DNA of 64,000 nucleotides from an uncultured Actinomycetes bacterium (GCA_963709345.1 CAVPVX010000011.1:64001-128000); one strand, 5' to 3'. Counted from the first letter of the stretch, positions 16,480 to 27,697 are shown. Program-made: numbers and translations. Notes: generated by a model from the letters alone, not told the origin.

Positions 16480-16801
16480 TCAGTCAAACGCGTACGCAGT
16501 TTCCCCGTGCAGCGCGCCGTCAAGGCCCTTGTCCTGGATCTCGTCGGGTACCCGTACCGGCTGGAAGTGGTTGATCGTCTTGAGGATCAGCCAGGTGACG
16601 ACGAACGCGTAGGCGCCGACGATGAGTACCGACGGGACCTGTACGCCGAAAACGCTTGGGTTGCCGCGGAGAAGACCATCGGCGCCCGCGGCGTTGATGG
16701 CCGTGCTCGCGAACACGCCGAGCAGGATCGAGCCCATGATGCCGCCAACGCCGTGGGCGGCCCACACGTCAAGAGCGTCGTCCCAGTTCGTGAAGGTCTT
16801 G
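16480..16801 (-). pseudogene. 3' fragment duplicate of amt
   Basis: WDDALDVWAAHGVGGIMGSILLGVFASTAINAAG identical to the intact amt; also ends ..AYAFD; no amt N-terminus. Confidence 0.85.
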
Positions 16802-16850
16802 AGCCTGACCGACGCCGGCGTGGATGTACACGGGAGCGGTAGCGACGCCG

Positions 16851-16900
16851 GCACTTGAACGGGCGGGGTCGCTCCCTTTCGACCCCGCCCGTTCAAGTGC
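16851..16900. terminator. Perfect 21-bp inverted repeat downstream of amt (probable terminator)
   Basis: GCACTTGAACGGGCGGGGTCG-ctcccttt-CGACCCCGCCCGTTCAAGTGC. Confidence 0.7.
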
Positions 16901-16945
16901 GGCTGCTGAGCGCCGGCCGCGTCTCGCGGCCGGCGCCCAGCCTGC

Positions 16946-18175
<1,230 letters not shown>

Positions 18176-18455
18176 GCGAAATCCTCCTATGAACGTGTCC
18201 GGCACCCCAGGCTCGGAACCCTCAAGGGAGTACGTCGGCGAACCGCACCCGTGAACCAGACTCTGGCCGGGCGTCAATGGGGATACCCTCCAGCCATCTA
18301 GCCCGATTGGCGCGATTCTCACAGCTCGTCAACCGGCTGGCAAGAGGCCGCCGCGCCAGACCGCGCGCATGGGTCGCGGTCGTCTTCGGCGTGGACGCGC
18401 CACGCGTCAGGTGCGCATCACCTCAGGTGGGACGCGGCCCTCCGGTCGCGCCGCG

Positions 18456-19394
18456 TCACGTGAGGTCGAGGATGTGGTTCTCGAGGATCTGGTTCTTGTA
18501 GTCCCACGGCCCGTTGATCCCCTCGAGCTGCAGGTACCACTCGGCGCATTGCACAAGCACCTCGGCCTCGATCGTGCCGCAGATCTGTCCTGCGATGACG
18601 TTCACGCCGTACCGGGCGGCTTCGGCCTTGACCAGGTTGAAGACGCGGTGGAGTGGCGTCTGCAAAGGGTTGCTGATCTCGATGGACACCTCGACGACCT
18701 TCTTGCCCGTGCGGCGGTGCGTCTGCGGGAGGCCGATCGTGCCCTGGATGTTCGTGAACCCTCCGGTCGTGCCGCGCACCGCGTTGGCGCACTTCCGGGC
18801 GATCTCCAGATCGTCGGTGTCGAGCACGACGTTGAAGTACGCGTCGTGTTCCTCGACGGCGCCGACGATCGTGGCCCCGGCCGTCGGATGCAGCTTTGCG
18901 GGCCCGAGGTCGGGGGCCCGCAGCGGATCTACGAGGACGGCCTCTTTGAGCCCCTCGTAGTTGCCCTTGCGGATGAAGGTCAGGCCCTCGTTCTCAGGGC
19001 GGCGCGCGTTCTTCCCGGTGAAGTAGATGGGCACGTCGTAGCGATTGTAGAGCTCCTCGCCGAGATCCTCCGCGAAGTCCTTCGCCTCCTCGATGGTGAT
19101 GTTCTTGGCGGGGTAGACCTCGATGGTGTCCACGGCTCCCACGCGCGGGTGGCGACCGTGCTGTTTCTCCATGTCGATGAGCTCGTAGGCTTTGCCGGCC
19201 ATGGCGAGCAGCGCCTCCTTCATCGCCTCGGGGCGACCCAGCACCTCGGCGGGCAGGCGGTCGAACTCAGGATCGGGCTCGTAGCCGATGAGCTTGACGC
19301 CCTCGCGGCCGCGGAGCTGGTCCATGATCGCCTCGATGACTTCCGGCCGGGTGCCGTCGCTCATGTTCGGGTCTGAAAGGATGTAACGCGCCAT
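18456..19394 (-). CDS. Glutamate formimidoyltransferase (FtcD-like)
   Basis: PNMSDG N-terminus, IDMEKQHGRHPRVGAVD, IRKGNYEGL, PDLGPAKLHPTAGATIVG. Confidence 0.88.
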   Translation of the reverse strand: MARYILSDPNMSDGTRPEVIEAIMDQLRGREGVKLIGYEPDPEFDRLPAEVLGRPEAMKEALLAMAGKAYELIDMEKQHGRHPRVGAVDTIEVYPAKNITIEEAKDFAEDLGEELYNRYDVPIYFTGKNARRPENEGLTFIRKGNYEGLKEAVLVDPLRAPDLGPAKLHPTAGATIVGAVEEHDAYFNVVLDTDDLEIARKCANAVRGTTGGFTNIQGTIGLPQTHRRTGKKVVEVSIEISNPLQTPLHRVFNLVKAEAARYGVNVIAGQICGTIEAEVLVQCAEWYLQLEGINGPWDYKNQILENHILDLT

Positions 19395-19555
19395 CAGATC
19401 ACCTCTTGCTGCCGATTCATGCGTGCGCTCACGCGCCGCGGGGATTCATGCGTCACGACGGTTGTCCGCCTCTTCGCCGGGTGTGCAGCTGCCCCCAAGC
19501 CTGCGGCAGAAGTGTACACCGGCGGGGCACCACGGCATCGCACCTGCGGCCAGCC

Positions 19556-20374
19556 TCAGCCGGAGGCTGAGCCCAGGATCAGGCGCTGCGGATCGACCTC
19601 GTCGCGCAGGATGCGCAGCTCCTCCGCGCTCGGCGGCACGGTGACGGCGGCGCGTGAGACATCGAGCGCGAAGCCCGTGTTCTGCCGCACCTGCTCCGCC
19701 GTGACGCCCGCGAAGTGCTCGGCAAGGTACATCTCGTGCGTCGCCTCGTCGAACTTGAGCACGCAGAGGTCGCTGACCACGGCGATGGGGCCGCCGCGCC
19801 GGTAGCCGGCGCGGCGGCGCGAGTCGCCGCCGCTGAGCCAGCCCGGCGTGGTCAGGTAGTCGAGCTTCTCGACGAACTTCTGTACGCCGTGCTGCATGAA
19901 CACGATGTAGCCGCTGGCCAGTGAACCGGCGTCGCAGGCGCCGCCGCTGCCGCTGAAGCGGACCTTCGGCGCCAGGTAGTCGCCGATCACCGTCGAGTTC
20001 ATGTTGCCGTAGCGGTCGATCTGCGCGGCGCCGAGAAAGGCGATCGTGTTCAGGCGCGGGTTGGCGACGTAGCTGAACGCCTCCACCAGGCCGGCGTTGA
20101 GGTTGGCGAACGCCATCACCCGCGGGTCCGCCACCGCCATCGGCAGCTCTTCCAGCGTCGGCCCGATGCCACCGGTCTCGAAGAAGATGTGGGCGTGCGG
20201 GGCGTGGATGCGCTTGGCGACAGTCGCCGCCAGCATCGCCACGCCGGTGCCGGCGAAGAGCACGTCGCCGTCCTTGATGAACCGTCCGGCGGCGATCGCC
20301 ATCATCTCGCGCGCGGAGTAGGCGTCGGCGGCGGGCGGCGCCAGGGCCTCAGGGTTTCTCGTTGACTCGGGCAT
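19556..20374 (-). CDS. Family I CoA-transferase beta subunit (glutaconate CoA-transferase GctB-like)
   Basis: FAGTG, FFETG catalytic Glu, FLGAAQIDRYGNMNST, GSGGACD. Confidence 0.88.
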   Translation of the reverse strand: MPESTRNPEALAPPAADAYSAREMMAIAAGRFIKDGDVLFAGTGVAMLAATVAKRIHAPHAHIFFETGGIGPTLEELPMAVADPRVMAFANLNAGLVEAFSYVANPRLNTIAFLGAAQIDRYGNMNSTVIGDYLAPKVRFSGSGGACDAGSLASGYIVFMQHGVQKFVEKLDYLTTPGWLSGGDSRRRAGYRRGGPIAVVSDLCVLKFDEATHEMYLAEHFAGVTAEQVRQNTGFALDVSRAAVTVPPSAEELRILRDEVDPQRLILGSASG

Positions 20375-20379
20375 CTGTC

Positions 20380-21357
20380 CTACCTCCGGTCGAGACCGGG
20401 CGCGTAGCCGGCCACCGTGTTCGCCCTGATCCTCGCCAGCTGCGCGCCGCCGACCTTGTCGAGGTAGCCGTCCCAGCTCTGGACTTCGTCGACCCACTCG
20501 CGCAGGTAGGCGGCCCATGTCCCGTCGTCCTTGGCCGCCGCCTTGTAGTGGTTCAGGTGCGCCGGGTCGTAGTCGTAGAAATAGGGAACGGCGGTGGGGT
20601 GCGCCCCGTAGGGCACCGGCACCACGGCGTCCACGAGGAACGGGGGCAGGGAGTTCTGGCCGGGGTCGAGTCGCAGGTAGCCGTCGGGAACGATCTCCTC
20701 GCAGGTGACGACGACGGCCCTCGCCGCCTTGCACTGCTCGAGGTCGGCAAAGGTCAGGCCTTTGATGCGCACCGTCCCGTCGGTGCTGACCTGCTGGGCA
20801 TGGATGATGGACACGTCGGGCGTCAGCGCCGGCACGAGGACCACCTCGTCGTCGCCGTCGCCGAAGGGATTGTCGATGACGACGACCTTCTTGGACGGCA
20901 CGCCGTCCGTGCCGCGCAGTTCGGGCGGGAAGCCCTCGCGGGCGATGATGTCGGTGCCGAGCGCGGACTTGCTGGGGATGAACGGTAGGCTCAGCGACCC
21001 GGCGAGGAAGCGCAGGCTCATCATGTTGTTGCTGTAGTCCTCGACCTGCAGCTCGCCCCGCTCGATCGCCTTGCGGAAGCGGATGCAGGTGGGCGCGAAG
21101 CGGCCGTTGCCGCCGTAGGCGATCTCCAGGCGGCGCACGCAGCCGGCGCCGACGAGCACGTCCAGCGCCTGGCCGTTGGAGTGGGCGACTAGGTGCAGGT
21201 CCTTGATGCGGCGGCGGACGATCTCGTAGACCGCCGCCATCGGGTTGCGGGTGATGGTGAAGCCGCCGACGGCGATCTGGCAGCCGCCGGGGACGAAGCG
21301 CTCGACCGCTTCGCTGACGGTCATCAGCTTGCCGTCGAGACCGTTGTGTTTGGCCAC
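20380..21357 (-). CDS. Family I CoA-transferase alpha subunit (GctA-like)
   Basis: GGFTITRNPMA, VPALTPDVSIIHAQ, VPYGAHPT, YDYD motifs; adjacent to the beta gene. Confidence 0.88.
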   Translation of the reverse strand: MAKHNGLDGKLMTVSEAVERFVPGGCQIAVGGFTITRNPMAAVYEIVRRRIKDLHLVAHSNGQALDVLVGAGCVRRLEIAYGGNGRFAPTCIRFRKAIERGELQVEDYSNNMMSLRFLAGSLSLPFIPSKSALGTDIIAREGFPPELRGTDGVPSKKVVVIDNPFGDGDDEVVLVPALTPDVSIIHAQQVSTDGTVRIKGLTFADLEQCKAARAVVVTCEEIVPDGYLRLDPGQNSLPPFLVDAVVPVPYGAHPTAVPYFYDYDPAHLNHYKAAAKDDGTWAAYLREWVDEVQSWDGYLDKVGGAQLARIRANTVAGYAPGLDRR

Positions 21358-21592
21358 TGCTGCCCCCTTCTCGAGTCTGCGGGAGGTCCCTTAACGCGGA
21401 AACCCCAGCGAGCACGCTTCGTCTCAGCTGGGGAACAGGGCCTGCTGGAGGGGCCGGTGGGAACGCCGCCGGCCCGGGCCTTGCGGCAGCGGGATAATGA
21501 TACACGGGGGCGGCGGCGGTGCAACTGTTCCGCCGTGACGAGGGGCGCCGGCGGGTCGGGACGGTGCGCGCCTGTGCTAGCATTCGGGCACG

Positions 21593-21973
21593 ATGGATGA
21601 GCCGACCACCTTTCTCTTCTCAGGCTACGCGCGCCTGCCGCAGGACGTGAGCCACCAGGCGATGTACAAGCGCGTCGGCGTGGTGCTTGAGGTCGCCGCG
21701 AACGGGGAAGTGGTGGCCTGCAGCACGACGCTGATGATGGTCACCGCCGTGGGGTTCTTCGAGCGCCTCCTGGTGGGGCGCAACGTGCTCACCGAGCGAC
21801 GCGAGATCGAGGCGTTGGTGCGCTACCGCTACCGCGGCCACTCGCAGGGCGCGCTGATCAGCGCTCTGCACAAGGCGTTCGAGGCCGTCGACCAGAGCCC
21901 GCTGGTGCTGGGCGAGGCCGCCGGTCCGCTGCCGAGCGCTCGCCCCGACGCCGAGGCCGAGCCGCGCGGGTAG
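21593..21973 (+). CDS. DUF3870-like small protein
   Basis: FSGYARLPQ N-terminus, RYRGHSQGALISAL C-terminal pattern. Confidence 0.6.
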   Translation: MDEPTTFLFSGYARLPQDVSHQAMYKRVGVVLEVAANGEVVACSTTLMMVTAVGFFERLLVGRNVLTERREIEALVRYRYRGHSQGALISALHKAFEAVDQSPLVLGEAAGPLPSARPDAEAEPRG

Positions 21974-22012
21974 GCCGGCCCGCGTGGGCAGGTGACGGTC
22001 GCGGGACCCGGG

Positions 22013-22648
22013 CTAGAGCCCGCGGATCCCCTTGACTCCCAGGTACACGGCGATCACGAAGCAGACGACCGCGACGATCTTGTCGCCATGCTTCGTGAGC
22101 GCGTGGCGCAGCGGGTCGAGCACGCGGGCGGCGGCCTGCGGCGCGCCGTACGCGAGGCCCACCGGCACGAGCATCGGAGAGAGGCAGATGATGAGGAAGA
22201 CGGCCAAGGCCGTCCACAAGGCGGCCGCCCCGAGGCCGGAGATCGCCATCTCCTTGAGTGCCACCAGGTAGGGCACGATCGACGAGAAGTCGGTGGCGGC
22301 GAGCGCGAGGCCGGCGGCGAAGCCGCCGGCCGGGCCGAGCCGCCGCTTCTTCTTGGTCTCGTCGACCTTCTTCGGCTTCCTGCGCAGAGCGCGCACGCCG
22401 AGGTAGACGATCACCACGGCGGCGACGATGTCGATGATTGCCGAGGTCGTCGACGGTCTGAGCTCGAGACGCAGGCCGAAGGCGAGCACGACGACGCCGA
22501 AGCCGATGAACACCACGCAGAAGCCCGCGCTCAGGAAGAGCGCCGCGCGCTTCGAGGTCGCAAGCAGCGCGACCAGCACGAGCACCCCGGTCGGATTGAC
22601 GGCGGCGGCGATCGCCAGCGGCAGGATCTTGAGGATGAGATCGGTCAT
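22013..22648 (-). CDS. GAP/Sap (LysE-superfamily) membrane protein
   Basis: ILPLAIAAAVNP start, multiple TM helices, GAP-type C-terminus. Confidence 0.7.
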   Translation of the reverse strand: MTDLILKILPLAIAAAVNPTGVLVLVALLATSKRAALFLSAGFCVVFIGFGVVVLAFGLRLELRPSTTSAIIDIVAAVVIVYLGVRALRRKPKKVDETKKKRRLGPAGGFAAGLALAATDFSSIVPYLVALKEMAISGLGAAALWTALAVFLIICLSPMLVPVGLAYGAPQAAARVLDPLRHALTKHGDKIVAVVCFVIAVYLGVKGIRGL

Positions 22649-22796
22649 CGATGTGGAGTTCTGACCCCGGGCTCGTCCCCCTGCCACGGGGGCGGTCGTC
22701 GGTCGTGGATCGGCTTGAGCGCGGGGCCGGTCGGCGAAGGGCCGCCGGGTCGTACTTCCATCCGGATCTTGGGCCAGCCTGTCGAACGGGGCGGGC

Positions 22797-22936
22797 TTGC
22801 GCGCCGATGCCGCCCCATCCTATGATGCATCTGCTGCACACATGATCACAGTCGGGCGCCGTCTCCGCCCGCTGTGCCACAGATCATGGACCCCCAGCGA
22901 ACGCTTCGGCGTCCCCTGGGGGTCTCCGTCGTTTCC
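22797..22936 (+). promoter_or_regulatory. Promoter plus structured 5' leader of the acyl-CoA dehydrogenase operon
   Basis: TTGCGC-18-TATGAT; nested stem 22841-22888; hairpin 22889-22924 with C(UUCG)G loop and a short pyrimidine-rich tail. Confidence 0.45.
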
Positions 22937-23031
22937 GGGGGTAAGCTGAGGTGCTGGGCCGGGCCCGCCGCTTCGCGGCTTCGCCGGCCCTCATGCCATG
23001 GGAAACAACGGTCCCCTGAGGAGGGAGCTGC

Positions 23032-24264
23032 ATGGACTTCCGTTACACCACCGAGCAGGAGATGTACCGCCAGGCCATCCGCGAGTGGCTGACGAAGAAC
23101 CTCGAGCCGCGTGCCCGCGGCATCGACGAGGCTGAAGACGGGATCCCCGACGACATCACCGCCGGCATGGCCGAGATGGGGATGTTCGGCGTGACGATCC
23201 CCGAGGAGTACGGCGGTATGCCGCTCCCCGACGACGAGCGCCTCATCTACGCGATGATCACGGTGCACGAGATCGCCCGCGCCGACCTCAGCATGAGCAC
23301 CCCTGTGTACACGCTGCTCACGATCGGCTGGTCGTACATCATCAATCGCTACGGCACCGACGAGTTGAAGCAGGAAGTCCTTCCGGCCGTGGCCGCCGGC
23401 AAGGCGTTCGCCGGCATCAACACCACCGAGCCCGGCGGCGGCTCCGACCTCGGCGCGATCAAGACCATCGCGCCGTGGAGCGAGGAGAAGCAGGCCTTCG
23501 TCATGACCGGCGAGAAGGCCTACGTTTCCGGTCCCAAGGAGTGCGAGAAGTGGGGCGCTCCGAGCGGCCACTGCACCCTGGTCAAGACCGATCCGAGCCA
23601 GGGACACAAGGGCATGACCTTCATCTGGGTGCCGGCACACCTCCCCGGCATCACCTACACGACCTACAAGGACATGGGCCGCATGGGCCTCAGCACCGGC
23701 GGCTGGATCTACAAGGACGTCGAACTGCCGCGCAAGTACGTCCTGGGCGAAGAGGGCAAGGGCTTCTACGTGAACATGGACGGCTTCAACGCCGCCCGCG
23801 TGCTCGTGGCTGCCGCCTGTCTCGGCGGCGCCGAGAAGGCGCTCGAGATCAGCGGTGAGTACACGGCGCAGCGCACCACCTTCGGCAAGCCCCTGGGCAA
23901 GAACGAAGGCATCTCCTTCGAGATGGCCGGCGACTGGATGCAGCTCGACATGCTCAAGCTGAACCTGCTGCGCGGCGCCTGGATGATCGGCCAGGAGCAC
24001 ACCGACCCCGGCCAGTTCAGCCGCAAAGACATCAACAAGGTCATCAGCACGGTCAAGTGCCTGAGCCCGACGCTCTGCCACGACATCGCCCGTCACGGGA
24101 TGATGTACCACGGCGCGTTCGGCTACACGAAGGAGACCCCGCTCGAGATGCTGCTGCGCGGCGTCATGAGCTACGAGGTCGGCGCCGAGGGCGGCCTGAT
24201 GATCATGCGCGGCATCATCGCCCGCGACGTGTGGGGCGAGACGCACAACCCGTTCAAGGACTGA
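23032..24264 (+). CDS. Acyl-CoA dehydrogenase
   Basis: IPEEYGG, TEPGGGSD, GEKAYVS, RTTFGKPL, HGAFGY, EVGAEG motifs. Confidence 0.93.
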   Translation: MDFRYTTEQEMYRQAIREWLTKNLEPRARGIDEAEDGIPDDITAGMAEMGMFGVTIPEEYGGMPLPDDERLIYAMITVHEIARADLSMSTPVYTLLTIGWSYIINRYGTDELKQEVLPAVAAGKAFAGINTTEPGGGSDLGAIKTIAPWSEEKQAFVMTGEKAYVSGPKECEKWGAPSGHCTLVKTDPSQGHKGMTFIWVPAHLPGITYTTYKDMGRMGLSTGGWIYKDVELPRKYVLGEEGKGFYVNMDGFNAARVLVAAACLGGAEKALEISGEYTAQRTTFGKPLGKNEGISFEMAGDWMQLDMLKLNLLRGAWMIGQEHTDPGQFSRKDINKVISTVKCLSPTLCHDIARHGMMYHGAFGYTKETPLEMLLRGVMSYEVGAEGGLMIMRGIIARDVWGETHNPFKD

Positions 24265-24358
24265 CCAACGCAGTCTGAGGCCCCCGGGCCGGGTCGCCTG
24301 ACGGCGCCCGGCCCGTGGCGGCCAGGGCCGCCGGTCCCGATCAGCCGGGAGAGGTGAT

Positions 24359-25648
24359 ATGGAAACAGTCGAATGCATCGTCGTCGGTGGCGGCCTCGCC
24401 GGCCTCTCCGCTGCGTATGGGCTGGCGTCGGCCGGGGTCGAGGTCATGGTCCTCGAGCGCGGCGACTACTCGGGCGCCAAGAACGTCACCGGCGGGCGCC
24501 TCTACGTGAAGCCCATCCGCGGCTTCTACCCGGAGCTGTGGGATGAGGCGCCCTATGAGCGCCCCGTGGCGCGCGAACTGGTCACGATGATGGCCGAGGG
24601 CGCCCACACGACCATCGAGATCGCCTCGGACCGGTTCGCCGGCGACAAGCCGCAGAGCTACACCATCGTGCGCGCGAAGCTCGACCAGTGGCTTGCCGAG
24701 AAGGTCATGGAGAAGGGCGCGATGGTGGTGCCCAACATGAAGGTCGACGAGCTGCTGCGCAAGGACGGCCGCATCATCGGCATCCGCGCCGGCGGCGACG
24801 AGATCGGCGCGAACGTCGTCGTCGTGGCCGAGGGCGTGCTGCGGCTGCTCAGCAGCGAGGCGGGCCTCGCGGCAGAGCCGCAGGCGAAGCATCACGCGCT
24901 CGGCTACAAAGAGGTCATCGAGCTGCCCGCCGGCGTGATCGAGGACCGTTGGCACCTGAACCCCGGCGAGGGCGCCGCCCAGTTCTTCATGGGCGAGTGC
25001 ACCAGGGGCATGATGGGCGGCGGCTTCCTCTACACCAACAAGGACAGCATCTCGCTGGGCATGGTCGTCGGCATGGACGCCATGCGCACGCGGCGCGACG
25101 GCACCGAGAGCTGGCAGCTGCTCGACGAGTTCAAGGAGCTGCCCCAGATCAGGCCGCTGGTCGCCGGGGGCGCCGTCGCCGAGTACTCGGCGCACGTGGT
25201 GCCGGAGGGCGGCATCAGCCAGGTGCCCAGGCTCGCCGGCGACGGCTATCTGGTCGCCGGCGACACCGCCGGACTCAGCCTCAACGCGCTCGTGACCGTG
25301 CGCGGCATGGACTTCGCCATCGCCTCGGGCTACTTCGCCGCCGAGGCGGTCAAGAGGGCGAAGAAGGCCGGGGACTTCTCGGCCGCCGGCCTCGCGAGCT
25401 ACGAGTCGTCGCTGCGCGACAGCTTCGTGCTCAAAGACCTCGAGACGGCGCGCGCGATCCCCGGCTTCATGGAGAACCCGCGCCTCTTCACCCACTACCC
25501 CAAGGCCGTCTCGCAGCTGCTCGAGGACATCTACACCGTGGGCGAGCGGCCGCAGGCCGGCCTCTTCAAGAAGGCCTGGCGGGGAGTCCGGCGCGACTTC
25601 ATGAACGCGGCGACCGTCAAGGACGCCTGGTCGATGCGGAAGATCTGA
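24359..25648 (+). CDS. fixC: ETF:quinone oxidoreductase FixC-type flavoprotein
   Basis: VVGGGLAG, ERGDYSGAKNVTGG, GGGFLYTNKDSISLG, EYSAHVVPEGG, RGMDFAIASG. Confidence 0.92.
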   Translation: METVECIVVGGGLAGLSAAYGLASAGVEVMVLERGDYSGAKNVTGGRLYVKPIRGFYPELWDEAPYERPVARELVTMMAEGAHTTIEIASDRFAGDKPQSYTIVRAKLDQWLAEKVMEKGAMVVPNMKVDELLRKDGRIIGIRAGGDEIGANVVVVAEGVLRLLSSEAGLAAEPQAKHHALGYKEVIELPAGVIEDRWHLNPGEGAAQFFMGECTRGMMGGGFLYTNKDSISLGMVVGMDAMRTRRDGTESWQLLDEFKELPQIRPLVAGGAVAEYSAHVVPEGGISQVPRLAGDGYLVAGDTAGLSLNALVTVRGMDFAIASGYFAAEAVKRAKKAGDFSAAGLASYESSLRDSFVLKDLETARAIPGFMENPRLFTHYPKAVSQLLEDIYTVGERPQAGLFKKAWRGVRRDFMNAATVKDAWSMRKI

Positions 25649-25660
25649 AGGGGAGGAGCC

Positions 25661-25942
25661 ATGCCGATGAAGATCGACGCCAAGCTCGGCCTCGACGTCT
25701 TCAAGCTCGATAAGGAGCCGCACATCGTCATCGACACCGAGATCTGCAAGACGGTGTGCACCGACGAGGCATGCGTCTACGTGTGCCCGGCCGATCTGTA
25801 CGAGAAGGACGACCAGGGCCGCATGACCGTCAACTGGGAGGGCTGCCTGGAGTGCGGCACCTGCCTGATCTGCTGCGACCCGCGCGCCCTCACCTGGAAG
25901 TACCCGAGTGGTCCGTTCGGGGTCCAGTACAGGATGAGCTGA
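25661..25942 (+). CDS. fixX: Ferredoxin FixX
   Basis: CxxxCPAxLY...WEGCLECGTC...WKYP.G..GVQY. Confidence 0.92.
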   Translation: MPMKIDAKLGLDVFKLDKEPHIVIDTEICKTVCTDEACVYVCPADLYEKDDQGRMTVNWEGCLECGTCLICCDPRALTWKYPSGPFGVQYRMS

Positions 25943-25973
25943 GCGGGCGACCGCGACGAAAGGGGATGACGTT

Positions 25974-26747
25974 GTGGACATCGTCGTCTGCGTGAAGACC
26001 AACCCGGATCTGCAGATGGTCCGCATCAAGAACCGCGAGGCAGTGACCGAGGCCGTGCCGTACAAGATCGGCGACCTCGAGAAGAACGCCCTGCAGGCCG
26101 CCGTCGACCTGCGCGCCGCCGTCGGCGGCAAGATCACGGCGCTCTGTCTGGCCGAGGGCAACCGCAAGGCCGCCGAGGACATCAAGGTCGCTCTGGCGAT
26201 GGGCGCCGACGAGGCCGTCGTCGTCGACGACCCGGCGCTGGCCGCGCCGGACCAGGCGGCCGTGGCCGCCGCCCTCGCGGCCGCCGTCGGAAAGATCGAC
26301 TCGTGCGACCTTCTGCTGTTCGGGGAGGGCTCGACCGACAACTACACCGGCCAGGTCGGCGCCCGCGTCGCCGAGCTGCTAGGCCTGCCGCAGATCGGCT
26401 ACGCGCGCAAGGTCGAGGCCGCGGACGGCGTCGTGTGCTGCGAGCGCAGCATGGACGACATGATCGAGACGCTCGAGGCGCCGCTGCCTGCCGTCGTCAC
26501 CGTGGTCAGCGAGCTCAACGAACCGACGATCCCCGGCCTCATGCAGATCATGAAGGCCAAGAGCAAGCCGCTGCAGGTGTGGTCGCTTGCCGACCTCGGC
26601 CTGGAGGTTCCCGCGCCGGTGCGCGAGATCGTCAGCAACCTGGCGGAGGTGCAGGACCGCAAGCACGTCATCTTCGAGGGCACGGTGGCCGAGCAGGCCG
26701 ACGCGTTCGTCAATGCCCTCATCAAAGAAGGCGTCCTGGGGAGGTAG
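25974..26747 (+). CDS. etfB: Electron transfer flavoprotein beta subunit (FixA)
   Basis: IVVCVK, ALAMGADEA, GEGSTDNYTGQVG, LPAVVTV..ELNEP. Confidence 0.93.
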   Translation: MDIVVCVKTNPDLQMVRIKNREAVTEAVPYKIGDLEKNALQAAVDLRAAVGGKITALCLAEGNRKAAEDIKVALAMGADEAVVVDDPALAAPDQAAVAAALAAAVGKIDSCDLLLFGEGSTDNYTGQVGARVAELLGLPQIGYARKVEAADGVVCCERSMDDMIETLEAPLPAVVTVVSELNEPTIPGLMQIMKAKSKPLQVWSLADLGLEVPAPVREIVSNLAEVQDRKHVIFEGTVAEQADAFVNALIKEGVLGR

Positions 26748-26749
26748 TG

Positions 26750-27697
26750 ATGACTGAACTGCTCGTCTACAGCGAGAGAGTCGATACCGCCCGCGAGTTG
26801 GTTGCCGGCGGCAGGGGGTTGGCGGCGGCCCTCGGTCTCGGCGTGGGCGCCGTGGCCCTGGGGCCGGGCGCCGGAGCCGCGGCGAGCGAGCTCGCCGCGG
26901 CCGGCGCCGACACCGTGTACGTGAGCGAGGACGCCGCGTTCGAGGGCTGGCCGGCCGACGCCGTGGCCGCCGGCCTCGCGCAGATCGCGGAGCAGGCCGG
27001 CGCGGGCGTCGTGCTCGTCGGCTCAACGCGCCGCGGCAAGGAGACGGCGCCGCGCCTGGCGCAGAAGCTCGGCGCCGGCTGCGTCACCGACGTGAACGAT
27101 CTCATCGTCGAAGGTGGCGGGCTTGTCGCCGGGCGCTACGCGTTCGGCGGCGCCACCGTGGCGCGCGAGAAGGTCGGCACGCCGGTCAAGGTCTTCGCCG
27201 TGATGCCCAAGACGTTTGACGCCGAGGGCGCGAGCGCCGGGGCCGGCAACGTCGTCAGCCCGGCCCTGACCGTGAGCACCGCCGTCAAGGTCGTCGATCG
27301 CCGCGCCAAGGAGGGCGACCACGTCAACCTCGACGCCGCGCCGCTTATCGTCGGCGTCGGTCGCGGCTTCAACGCGCGCGAGGACCTCGCCCTTGGCGAC
27401 GAGCTCGCGGCCGCTCTTGGCGCCGTGGTCGGCTGCACCAAGAGCCTCGCCGACTTCGAGTGGCTCGACGAGGACCGCATCATCGGTCTCTCCGGCGCCA
27501 AGACGGGCCCGGACCTGTATCTCTGCGTCGGCGTTTCGGGCCAGATCCAGCACACGGTGGGGGTGGCCGGCGCCAAGCTCATCGCCGCCGTGAACAAGGA
27601 CAAGGAGGCGCCGATCTTCGCCATGGCCGACTACGGCCTGGTCGGCGACCTCTACGAAGTGGTGCCGACGCTCGTCGAGCGCCTCAAGAGCGTGTGA
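26750..27697 (+). CDS. etfA: Electron transfer flavoprotein alpha subunit (FixB)
   Basis: IVGVGRG, IGLSG, LYLCVGVSGQIQHTVG, AVNKDKEAPIF..ADYGLVGDL. Confidence 0.93.
   Translation: MTELLVYSERVDTARELVAGGRGLAAALGLGVGAVALGPGAGAAASELAAAGADTVYVSEDAAFEGWPADAVAAGLAQIAEQAGAGVVLVGSTRRGKETAPRLAQKLGAGCVTDVNDLIVEGGGLVAGRYAFGGATVAREKVGTPVKVFAVMPKTFDAEGASAGAGNVVSPALTVSTAVKVVDRRAKEGDHVNLDAAPLIVGVGRGFNAREDLALGDELAAALGAVVGCTKSLADFEWLDEDRIIGLSGAKTGPDLYLCVGVSGQIQHTVGVAGAKLIAAVNKDKEAPIFAMADYGLVGDLYEVVPTLVERLKSV

Noticed and set aside
18190-18320. Glutamine-type riboswitch upstream of amt
   Set aside because: Could not match the conserved core by eye; would need an Rfam scan.
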